DNA of 33,731 nucleotides from Planctomycetota bacterium (GTDB taxonomy: Bacteria > Planctomycetota > Phycisphaerae > FEN-1346). The notes beneath the pieces are model-generated. The model ran no database searches. It saw only the letters and a program-made list of their open reading frames with translations, and was not told the DNA's origin. The stretch's first letter is position 1. Each line of letters starts with the position of its first letter. Shown in pieces: positions 26,346 through 33,731 of the stretch. The position numbers and the translations under genes are program-made. The DNA is taken from contig JAPLML010000066.1 of the NCBI GenBank assembly GCA_026387055.1, positions 1 to 33,731 on the forward strand, given 5' to 3'.

Positions 26346-27098
26346 ATGTCGGATCTGATCGGCCAGACGGCGCTCATCACAGGGGCTTCCACGGGAATCG
26401 GGGCCGCCAGCGCGCTCGCGCTGGCCCGGGCGGGGGCGGACGTCGGCATCAACTACTGCCGATCCCGGAAGGCCGCCGAGGAGGTGCTGAAAAGCGTCGA
26501 AGCCCTCGGCCGCCGGGCCGCCCTCTTTGAATGCGACGTGTGCGACCCTGACCAGGTGAGCGCCATGGTGGCGGCGTTCGTGAAACAGTTCCGCCAGATC
26601 GACATCCTTTTCGCCAACGCCGGCGGCCTCATCAAGCGATGCCCCATCACCCGGATGCCCGACGCCCTCTGGCACCGGGTCATCGCCCTCAACTTCGACA
26701 GCGTCTTCTACACGGTTCGGGCGGCCCTGCGGCCGATGCTGAAGGCCAAGCGCGGCAACATCATTGTCAACGCCAGCGTGGCGGCCCGATCGGGCGGCGG
26801 AGGCGGGGCCGTCCATTACGCCGCCGCCAAGGGCGCCCTCGTGACGTTCGTCAAGGGCCTCTCGAAGGAGGTGGCGGCCAACGGCATCCGCGTCAACGCC
26901 GTCGCCCCCGGCGTTACGCTCACGCCGTTCCACGACAAGGCCACCGAGCCGGAGCGGATGGCCAAGTTCCGCGACTCCAGCCCCATCGGCAAGCTGGGCG
27001 CCCCTGACGACATCGCCCGTGCGGTCGTCTGGCTGGCCGGGGAGACCGAGGGCTTCATCACCGGGGAAACCCTCTACATCGCCGGCGGCGGAATGTGA
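26346..27098 (+). CDS. Short-chain dehydrogenase/reductase
   Basis: TGASTGIG, ANAG, YAAAK and IRVNAVAPG motifs; ATG 26346 after GGAGA. Confidence 0.93.
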   Translation: MSDLIGQTALITGASTGIGAASALALARAGADVGINYCRSRKAAEEVLKSVEALGRRAALFECDVCDPDQVSAMVAAFVKQFRQIDILFANAGGLIKRCPITRMPDALWHRVIALNFDSVFYTVRAALRPMLKAKRGNIIVNASVAARSGGGGGAVHYAAAKGALVTFVKGLSKEVAANGIRVNAVAPGVTLTPFHDKATEPERMAKFRDSSPIGKLGAPDDIARAVVWLAGETEGFITGETLYIAGGGM

Positions 27099-27102
27099 AC
27101 GG

Positions 27103-27187
27103 CAGTGCGGAACCCGGAATGCGGAGTGCGGAGTGAACAGCGAAGGCAACGACATACTGTTTAGCGGGCAGCCGAAGGCGACCGCGT
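27103..27187 (+). repeat. Single heptamer arm plus TTTAGC-type hairpin composite element
   Basis: CAGT GCGGAAC CCGGAAT GCGGAGT GCGGAGT GAACAGCGAAGGCAACGA...TTTAGCGGGCAGCCGAAGGCGACCGCGT; homologous to 3007-3075. Confidence 0.82.
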
Positions 27188-27200
27188 TTTCCCGATCTTC

Positions 27201-28397
27201 ATGACCGATCCCGACTTCATCCGCCAAACCCTCAAGGACCTGCAAGCGCAAGGTCTTCGCCGCCGACTTCTCGAAGTCGGCTCGGCGGCCGGGCCGCGCG
27301 TCCGGATTGGGCGACGGACGGTCCTCGCTTTCGCATCGAACAACTACCTCGGCTTGGCCAACGATCCCCGGGTGCGCGAGGCCGCGCGACACGGGATCGC
27401 CCGCTGGGGATGGGGCGCCGGGGCCAGCCGGCTCCTCGCCGGGCACACCGAGGCCCACGCCGCCCTTGAGGCCGCCCTGGCGGACTTCAAACACGCCGCG
27501 GCCGCGATCGTCTTCCCGACCGGCTACATGACCAACCTCGGCCTCGTCTCGGCGCTGGTGGGCCGGGGCGACCTGGTGCTCTCGGACCGCGAGAACCACG
27601 CCAGCCTCTACGACGCCATCCGCCTCTCGGGCGCGGGGCTCGTGCGATACCCTCACGGCAGCGCCGCTACGGCGCGGGACCTGCTCGCGAAACATCGCGA
27701 CGCGCCCGGCCGAAGACTCCTGGTGACCGACACGGTCTTCTCGATGACCGGCGACCTCGCGCCGCTGGCAGCGTTGGCCGAGACGTGTCGCGACTTCGGT
27801 TGCATGCTTGTCCTCGACGAGGCCCACGCCACGGGCGTCCTCGGTCCGACAGGGGCGGGGCTGGCCGAGGCGCTGGGCATCCGCGAGGGCATCACCGCCG
27901 GCATGGGCACTCTCTCGAAGGCGCTCGGCGGCATCGGCGGGTTCGCGGCGGCGTCGCGCGACGTGTGCGACCTCCTGGTGAACCGTGCCCGGTCGTTCAT
28001 CTACACGACCGCCCTGCCCGCCGCCGCGTGCGAGGCCGCGCGCGAGGCCCTGCGGATCGCCCGGGCCGAGCCCGATCGCCGCGAGCGGCTCCTCGCCATG
28101 GCGAAGAGTGCCCGCGAGGCGCTGCAAGCGAAGGGGTTCGACATGGGCGGGAGCGCCTCGCAGATCATCCCGATCATCGTGGGCACGCCCGAGCGCGCGC
28201 TGGCAATGGCGGCCGCGCTCATGGACAAGGGGATCTTCTGCCCGGCGATCCGCCCGCCGACCGTGCCACCCCGCACGAGCCGCCTGCGAATCAGCCTGAC
28301 CTGCGAGCACACCGAGGATGATATCGCGCGGCTCGTTGAGGCCCTTATCGAAGCGCGAGACCAAGCGAAACACGCGCCCAGCAAGCTGGGCGGCTAA
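27201..28397 (+). CDS. bioF: 8-amino-7-oxononanoate synthase (class II PLP enzyme)
   Basis: FASNNYLGL, GASRLLAG, NHAS, DEAH, GTLSKALG and AIRPPTVP..SRLRIS motifs. Confidence 0.85.
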   Translation: MTDPDFIRQTLKDLQAQGLRRRLLEVGSAAGPRVRIGRRTVLAFASNNYLGLANDPRVREAARHGIARWGWGAGASRLLAGHTEAHAALEAALADFKHAAAAIVFPTGYMTNLGLVSALVGRGDLVLSDRENHASLYDAIRLSGAGLVRYPHGSAATARDLLAKHRDAPGRRLLVTDTVFSMTGDLAPLAALAETCRDFGCMLVLDEAHATGVLGPTGAGLAEALGIREGITAGMGTLSKALGGIGGFAAASRDVCDLLVNRARSFIYTTALPAAACEAAREALRIARAEPDRRERLLAMAKSAREALQAKGFDMGGSASQIIPIIVGTPERALAMAAALMDKGIFCPAIRPPTVPPRTSRLRISLTCEHTEDDIARLVEALIEARDQAKHAPSKLGG

Positions 28398-28441
28398 ATG
28401 GCGGCCTCGCACGCCCTCGCGCCATTCAGCCGCCCAGCTTG
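28370..28441. repeat. REP family A doublet between convergent genes, possibly a terminator
   Basis: Copy at 28370-28402 plus inverted partner GCCATTCAGCCGCCCAGCTTG at 28421-28441. Confidence 0.82.
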
Positions 28442-28492
28442 TCGAAGACTCGCCGTGGCGACCTGGGCGCGTGTTATTGGATTTTGCGGCGC

Positions 28493-29467
28493 CTACCTGC
28501 CCGCCTTCACGTCCTCGGCCGTGATGAGCTGCGTGGGCACGGGCGTAACCTCGGGCAGCGCCTCGCCCTTGAGGGCCTTCAGGGCGCACTCGACGCCCAG
28601 CGACCCCATCATGGCGGGATTCTGCTCGACGGTCGCCTGCATCTCGCCGCGCTTCATCGCGTCGCGCGCCAGGTCGATGTTGTCGTAGCCGACGACGATG
28701 ACCTTGCCGATGTCCCCGCGTGCCCGCACGGCCGCGATGGCGCCGAGCGCCATCTTGTCGTTGGCGCACAGGATGCCGGCGGTGTCGGGGTTGGCCGAGA
28801 GCATAGCACTGGCAGCCGTCTGGGCCTTGGCGGTGTCCCACTCGGCGGACTGGCTGGCGGCGATCTCGAGGCCCGCCTCCTGGACGGCCGCCTCGAACCC
28901 GCGCCGCCGCGCCTCGGCGTTCTCGACGCCGTCGATGCCGCGCAGGACGATCACCTTCCCCTTCTTCCCCTCGCCCAGCTTCTTCTTGATGAGGTCGCAG
29001 CCATAGGCGCCCACCTTCCTGGCGCCCTCGAAATTGTCCGGACCGATGAAGGTGGCGACCTTCAGGCCCTGCTTCGCGGCCTCCTCCTTGTTGATACGGT
29101 TATCGATATTAATGATCGGCACCTTCGCCTCCTGGGCCCTCGCGAGCGGCGTCACGATGCCAACACTCGAGGCCGGGGCGATGATGATGGCCTGGACCTG
29201 GCGGTTCAACATGATCCGCACGAGGTCGGCCTGCTTGTCGGCGTCGCTCTCGGACTCGATGCCCGAGACCTCGATGCCGGCGCCCAGCTCCTTGGCCTTC
29301 TCGCGGGCGCCCTTCTCCATGGCCTGGAAGAAGGGGTTGGTCGTCGCCTTGTAGATGAGGCCGACGCGGACCTTCTGCTTGCCGCCTGGCTGAGGTTCGC
29401 TCTTGCAGCCGGCCGCGAGGGCCGTGCCGATCATCGCCGCCAAGACGATCCATGCCGTACGTTTCAT
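28493..29467 (-). CDS. Sugar ABC transporter substrate-binding lipoprotein (RbsB-like)
   Basis: Lipobox LAAGC; NPFF, IGPDN, CANDKMALGA and VGYD motifs. Confidence 0.92.
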   Translation of the reverse strand: MKRTAWIVLAAMIGTALAAGCKSEPQPGGKQKVRVGLIYKATTNPFFQAMEKGAREKAKELGAGIEVSGIESESDADKQADLVRIMLNRQVQAIIIAPASSVGIVTPLARAQEAKVPIINIDNRINKEEAAKQGLKVATFIGPDNFEGARKVGAYGCDLIKKKLGEGKKGKVIVLRGIDGVENAEARRRGFEAAVQEAGLEIAASQSAEWDTAKAQTAASAMLSANPDTAGILCANDKMALGAIAAVRARGDIGKVIVVGYDNIDLARDAMKRGEMQATVEQNPAMMGSLGVECALKALKGEALPEVTPVPTQLITAEDVKAGR

Positions 29468-29519
29468 GGCTGACTCCTTACGTGTCGTTCGGTTCGCGCG
29501 CGCCGCGCCGGCGCGGCGG

Positions 29520-30503
29520 CTAAGTATCCGTTTTCTTCAGCCGATCCAAGAGCACCGTCGCGATGACCACCGACCCGATGATCACCCACTGCCACGGCGT
29601 CGGCACGCCCAGGAATAAGAGGCCGTACGCCAAGACGCCCATGATGAGCGCCCCGAGGAACGTGCCGAGGATGCTCCCCCGCCCACCCGACAGGCTCGTC
29701 CCGCCGACGATGACGGCCGCAATGGCGTAAAGCTCCAGCCCGTCGCCCGCCAGTGGGTCGCCCGTGCCCTGGCGCACCCAGAATACCAGTCCGGCCAGGG
29801 CGGTGCAAAGCCCGCTCAGGAGGAACGTCAGGACCACGATCCGCCCGACGTTGATGCCGCACAGCCGCGCCGTCTCGGCGCTGCCGCCCACGGCAAAGAC
29901 GTGCCGGCCGAAGACGCTTCGCGTCAGCATCACGTGGCCGACGAGCATCACCAGGAGGCTGACGCCGATGGGCAGGTACCGCTGAAGCTCGACCGGGGCG
30001 CGGAAGTCGCACCCGATGGTGTGCCCGCCCGCCGCCACCATCGCCAAGCCCCGGGCCATCATCATCGAGCCGAGCGTCACGATGAACGACGGGATGCGGA
30101 ACCGGACGGTCACGGCCCCGTTAAAGAGGCCCGCCGCCAGGCCCGCCGCCAGGCAGCCGACGATGCCCAGCATGAGCGACCCCGTGGCGCCCGCCACGAC
30201 GACCATCAGGACGTGCGTCAGGGCGATCAGCCGGCCGACCGAGAGGTCGATCCCGCCCGCGATGATGACGAACGTCGAGCCGACCGCCAGGATGAGGTTG
30301 ATCGCGCACGAGCCGGCCACGTCGATCGCGTTATTCCACGAGAGGAACGTCGGGTCGTGCAGCGCGAGCGACTCGAAATCCACGGCCGACAGGGCCGTGA
30401 AGAAAAGCAGCAGCGCCACCAGGGCGAGCGCCAGCACCAGCACCCGGCTGGCCGTGATGCGGCTCCGGAGGTCCGGCGCGGCACTATCGGCAGAGGCGGA
30501 CAT
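29520..30503 (-). CDS. Sugar ABC transporter permease (RbsC-like)
   Basis: GGIDLSVG, IPSFIVTLG and ELYAIAAVIVGGTSLSGGRGSI motifs. Confidence 0.93.
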   Translation of the reverse strand: MSASADSAAPDLRSRITASRVLVLALALVALLLFFTALSAVDFESLALHDPTFLSWNNAIDVAGSCAINLILAVGSTFVIIAGGIDLSVGRLIALTHVLMVVVAGATGSLMLGIVGCLAAGLAAGLFNGAVTVRFRIPSFIVTLGSMMMARGLAMVAAGGHTIGCDFRAPVELQRYLPIGVSLLVMLVGHVMLTRSVFGRHVFAVGGSAETARLCGINVGRIVVLTFLLSGLCTALAGLVFWVRQGTGDPLAGDGLELYAIAAVIVGGTSLSGGRGSILGTFLGALIMGVLAYGLLFLGVPTPWQWVIIGSVVIATVLLDRLKKTDT

Positions 30504-30575
30504 TGCGGCGGCACTATAGCACCGCCGCCGGGAAGCCTCAATTCAAAACGAGAGCGGCGGGCGGCATGCTACCCG

Positions 30576-32876
30576 CTAGGGTGTGAGGGCGTAGAGGATG
30601 ATGTTGGCGGCGAGGCGCTTGGCGTCGTCGGGGGCGTAGGCGCGGGCGCCCCACGTCTTCAGGCCGTCGAGGCCGCACGAGAGGCCGTAGGGGCTGTAGA
30701 TCATCACGACGTGGCCGCCGCGCTCCAGGCCGTAGAGCACCGGCCGCTTGAGGTCGGGCGTCTCGGCCTTGACGGCGGGCGTGTAGGCGACGCTGTCGAT
30801 CCGCGTCCCGACCTTGCCGCTGAAGACGGCGTGATCGGGCGGAAGCTCCTTGAGCGCCGCGTCCGGGAACATCTCCTTCACGAGGTCCCGCAGGGCCTTG
30901 TCGAACGCGGGCCGCCCGCAGCACGCCTCGGCCCACACGAAGCCGCCGCGTTCCAGGTAGGCCTTCAGCGCCGCCCGCTCCGCGTCGCTCAGATGGAACG
31001 CGTAGTGCCCGGTGATATAGAGGATATTGAATGTGCCGATATCGGCGCCGGTCAGGCGGACAGGCACGGGGCGGCTGTAGACCGACACGCCGAATCGCTC
31101 CGCCATGTCCCTGAGGAGCGCGGGCAGGGCGTACGGCCGCGGCTGCCAGTCGCCGTCGTGCTGGATCTGGCCGAGGCGGGTCGCGCCGCGCGGCGGCGGC
31201 TCGTCGCGCGGCAACTCCTTGACAGGGGCCGTCGCCAAGCGGTCCGGCAGGGCGCTCAAGCCGGTGGCGTAGGCCGCCAGGTTCTCACCGAGCCGCAGGG
31301 CGTCACTGGCGCGGTCCGGATCGGAGGCGGCCCAGGCGTCGCCGAGGCCCTTCGGCGCGAGAATGACGGCCGCGCGGCAGCCGAGGTTCATCACCTCCAG
31401 GTCCGCCGGCGGAACGCGGTAAACCGCGCGGTAGATCGGGTGCTCGGCATCCATCGGCTCGAACTTCGAGTCGGGCAGCGGCGTGGCGAACAGCCGCCGG
31501 ATGCTGTCGGTGAAGGCCGCGTCGCCGCCTTGGGCGTCCGCGAGGACGAGGCCTCCCTGCTCCACGTACTCCCTCAGCCGCGGGAGCGAGGCCGCGAGCA
31601 TCCGCAGCGCCCCCCGGCCCGTCACGTGCAGGATCGGCGCCGCCAGGTAGGCCGGCAGCGGGGCGTCGCAGTCCAGCGTCCGCCAGTCGACGAAATCGCC
31701 GCCCACGCGCTTGCCCAGGAACCGCACGAGGTGGTCCAAGTCGCGCGGGTCGCGCCGCCACGGGCCGTCCCACTCCAGCCGCTGCACGAGCAGCGGCTTG
31801 TACGCCTTGGCCAGGAACAGGAGGCACAGGGCATCGTGGTACAGCCGATCGGTCCACGTGCCGTCGGCCTTCTGACCGCTCACAAGGAGGTCCATGCCTT
31901 CGCGGAACCAGTCATGCGAGCCGAAGGTCCGCCGGCCGGACGTCACCCCGGCGCGTTCGAGGGCGTAGAGCCAGAAGTAGTACCACGCGATCTGGCGGTT
32001 CGGGTTCTCCTGGAGCGAGTAGCGCTGGTTGATCCACTCGATGCCGCGCTCGATGACCGCCGTCCGCTCGGCGGCGGCCTCGGAGGACTCGCCCTTCGCC
32101 AGCCGGTCGTTGCACAGGTACAGGCTCGCGATGACGGCAGCCGTCATGCTGCCGTAGGCCTCCTCGGGCTCGGGATCGTGGTAGACGTACCCCCATCCGC
32201 CGCCGGGAAGCTGGGTGACGCGGAAGTGCCGGTCGGCCTTCCGCCACACGTCCAGGGGCACCTTAGCGCCGGCCCGCTCGGCCTCCGAGAGGGCGAGGAT
32301 GGCAAACTGCGTGTTGGACGCATCCGGGCGCTCATACTGGCGGCGAAGCTCCGCCTCGTTCTTGGCCGCCGCCAGCGGACCGCCCGCCTTGCCGCCGCCC
32401 GGGGCGATGGTTGGAACGCCATATCCCCACGCCCCCGTCGGGTGCTGCATCTCGATCAGCCAATCGACGCACGCCTGGGTCTCTGCCTTGAACCGGGCGG
32501 GATCGGCCGCCGAGAAGGCGAGCGCCTTGAGGGCCACGACGTAGGTGTGCTGGTTCTTCACGCCGCGAAGATGCTCAAGGGCGGCGGCCACGCCCTTGTC
32601 TTCGGGCGAAACGCCGGCCTGAAGCAGCGCGTAGGTGCAGAGGGCCGTGACGCCGCCTTCCTGCGCGTAATCCGGCCAGGTGCCGTCGGGATGCTGGGCC
32701 TTCTTGAGGGCGTCCACCGACCGGAGGATGGCTGCCCGGACCTGGGGGCCCGTGACGCCTTCCTGGCCGGCCGCGCCACACGGAAAACCACTAACCGCTG
32801 CCGCAACAATCGCCGATAAAAGAAGAGCGCGGGCCGCCGGCTGTGACCGCGCCGAATTGGGTTGACCGGCAGGCAT
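30576..32876 (-). CDS. Exported prenyltransferase/squalene-oxidase-repeat protein with two DUF4159-like domains
   Basis: [32 protein letters not shown] and QKADGTW, then two LxxYxExGG...HPI/HAV domains. Confidence 0.8.
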   Translation of the reverse strand: MPAGQPNSARSQPAARALLLSAIVAAAVSGFPCGAAGQEGVTGPQVRAAILRSVDALKKAQHPDGTWPDYAQEGGVTALCTYALLQAGVSPEDKGVAAALEHLRGVKNQHTYVVALKALAFSAADPARFKAETQACVDWLIEMQHPTGAWGYGVPTIAPGGGKAGGPLAAAKNEAELRRQYERPDASNTQFAILALSEAERAGAKVPLDVWRKADRHFRVTQLPGGGWGYVYHDPEPEEAYGSMTAAVIASLYLCNDRLAKGESSEAAAERTAVIERGIEWINQRYSLQENPNRQIAWYYFWLYALERAGVTSGRRTFGSHDWFREGMDLLVSGQKADGTWTDRLYHDALCLLFLAKAYKPLLVQRLEWDGPWRRDPRDLDHLVRFLGKRVGGDFVDWRTLDCDAPLPAYLAAPILHVTGRGALRMLAASLPRLREYVEQGGLVLADAQGGDAAFTDSIRRLFATPLPDSKFEPMDAEHPIYRAVYRVPPADLEVMNLGCRAAVILAPKGLGDAWAASDPDRASDALRLGENLAAYATGLSALPDRLATAPVKELPRDEPPPRGATRLGQIQHDGDWQPRPYALPALLRDMAERFGVSVYSRPVPVRLTGADIGTFNILYITGHYAFHLSDAERAALKAYLERGGFVWAEACCGRPAFDKALRDLVKEMFPDAALKELPPDHAVFSGKVGTRIDSVAYTPAVKAETPDLKRPVLYGLERGGHVVMIYSPYGLSCGLDGLKTWGARAYAPDDAKRLAANIILYALTP

Positions 32877-33006
32877 CGTACCCTCGCGAGCGGTTTCCGA
32901 ATCGCCCTCCGGGGAGTTATCGACTAGGGGAACCGGCGGGCTTCATGGCATTCGCCTCGCCTCGTGGACCGATGGGAGCATGGGCCAGCGCTCAAGAGCG
33001 TCCGAC

Positions 33007-33731
33007 ATGGCCGACACGGATTTTGACCAGAAACTCGAACAGTTCAAACGCGTCCGCGACCGCCTCGTCGCCGAGGTCGGCCACCGGATTATAGGCCAGC
33101 GCGAGGTGGTTGACCAGATGCTGGCCACCGTCTTCGTCGGCGGCCACTGCCTGCTGGTGGGCGTGCCGGGCCTGGCGAAGACGATGATGGTCCGCAGCCT
33201 GGCGGGGGCGCTCGACCTGGCGTTCAAGCGCATCCAGTTCACGCCCGACCTGATGCCCTCGGACATCACGGGGACGGACCTCGTGGACCAGGCGCCGGAC
33301 GGCCGGCGCGAGTTCCGCTTCGTGCCGGGGCCGCTCTTCGCCAACATCGTCCTGGCCGACGAGATCAACCGGGCCCCGCCGAAGACCCAGTCGGCCCTTC
33401 TGGAGGCGATGCAGGAACACCAGGTCACGGTCGGGCAGAAGACCCACGACCTGCCCCAGCCTTTCTTCGTCATCGCCACGCAGAACCCCATTGAGCAGGA
33501 GGGCACGTACCCCCTGCCCGAGGCCCAACTGGACCGGTTTCTTTTCTGCATCCACGTGCCGTACCCGACCGCGGCCGAAGAGGAGCACATCCTGATGGTC
33601 CCGACGGGCATCTCGACCGAGCCGGCTGCGCCGGTGGTGGGCATCGAGCACATCCGGGCCCTGCAGGAGGCCGTGCTGGCCGTGCCGGTGTCGAAGTACG
33701 TTGTGGCCTATACGGCCAAGCTGGTGCGTGC
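33007..33731 (+). CDS. MoxR-family AAA+ ATPase, C-terminus runs off the window
   Basis: Manual translation gives MADTDFDQ...IIGQ...[13 protein letters not shown]...[15 protein letters not shown]...[22 protein letters not shown]...[22 protein letters not shown]. Confidence 0.93.
   Translation, partial: MADTDFDQKLEQFKRVRDRLVAEVGHRIIGQREVVDQMLATVFVGGHCLLVGVPGLAKTMMVRSLAGALDLAFKRIQFTPDLMPSDITGTDLVDQAPDGRREFRFVPGPLFANIVLADEINRAPPKTQSALLEAMQEHQVTVGQKTHDLPQPFFVIATQNPIEQEGTYPLPEAQLDRFLFCIHVPYPTAAEEEHILMVPTGISTEPAAPVVGIEHIRALQEAVLAVPVSKYVVAYTAKLVR

Noticed and set aside
29501..29518. 18-bp GC palindrome between permease and SBP
   Set aside because: It is a single copy of pure G/C with no U-tract, so it cannot be distinguished from chance or a generic stabilising hairpin.
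1..33731. tRNA, rRNA, riboswitch or autonomous transposase
   Set aside because: None was recognisable by eye; tRNAscan, Rfam and ISfinder searches would be needed to exclude them.

Overview
This is a GC-rich bacterial chromosomal window. The gene content (tandem Hanks kinases, HEAT protein, prenyltransferase/DUF4159 protein next to MoxR, CoA-substrate activase) suggests an anaerobic Planctomycetota-like organism, which is an inference. From left to right it holds: a group 3b [NiFe] hydrogenase operon (hydBGDA, minus strand, hydA truncated); a receiver protein; an ORF6N protein; a deleted and frameshifted hypE; a K+ channel; and a compact phage-like module at about 7.3-14.0 kb. That module comprises a LexA/CI-type S24 repressor, a divergent HTH regulator, an ASCH protein, and a coupled run of soluble ABC ATPase, GNAT acetyltransferase, HTH/TerS-like protein, ParB-N and terminase large subunit. 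It has no portal, capsid, tail or integrase in the window. After it come a PLD-family protein, two paralogous Ser/Thr kinases (one split at a C7 run), a Tat-exported TIM-barrel protein, a CoA activase, a HEAT protein, a hydrogenase protease, an SDR, BioF, a sugar ABC binding protein and permease, a DUF4159 protein and MoxR. The two most striking signals are (1) this stand-alone, probably SOS-inducible packaging and nucleic-acid-acetylation module, and (2) a heptamer-armed (GCGGAGT)n...(ACTCCGC)n stem-loop element inserted in frame into three of its genes. Several REP/MITE-like families are also present, including a three-layer nested element. All calls come from motif reading only; no database searches were run.
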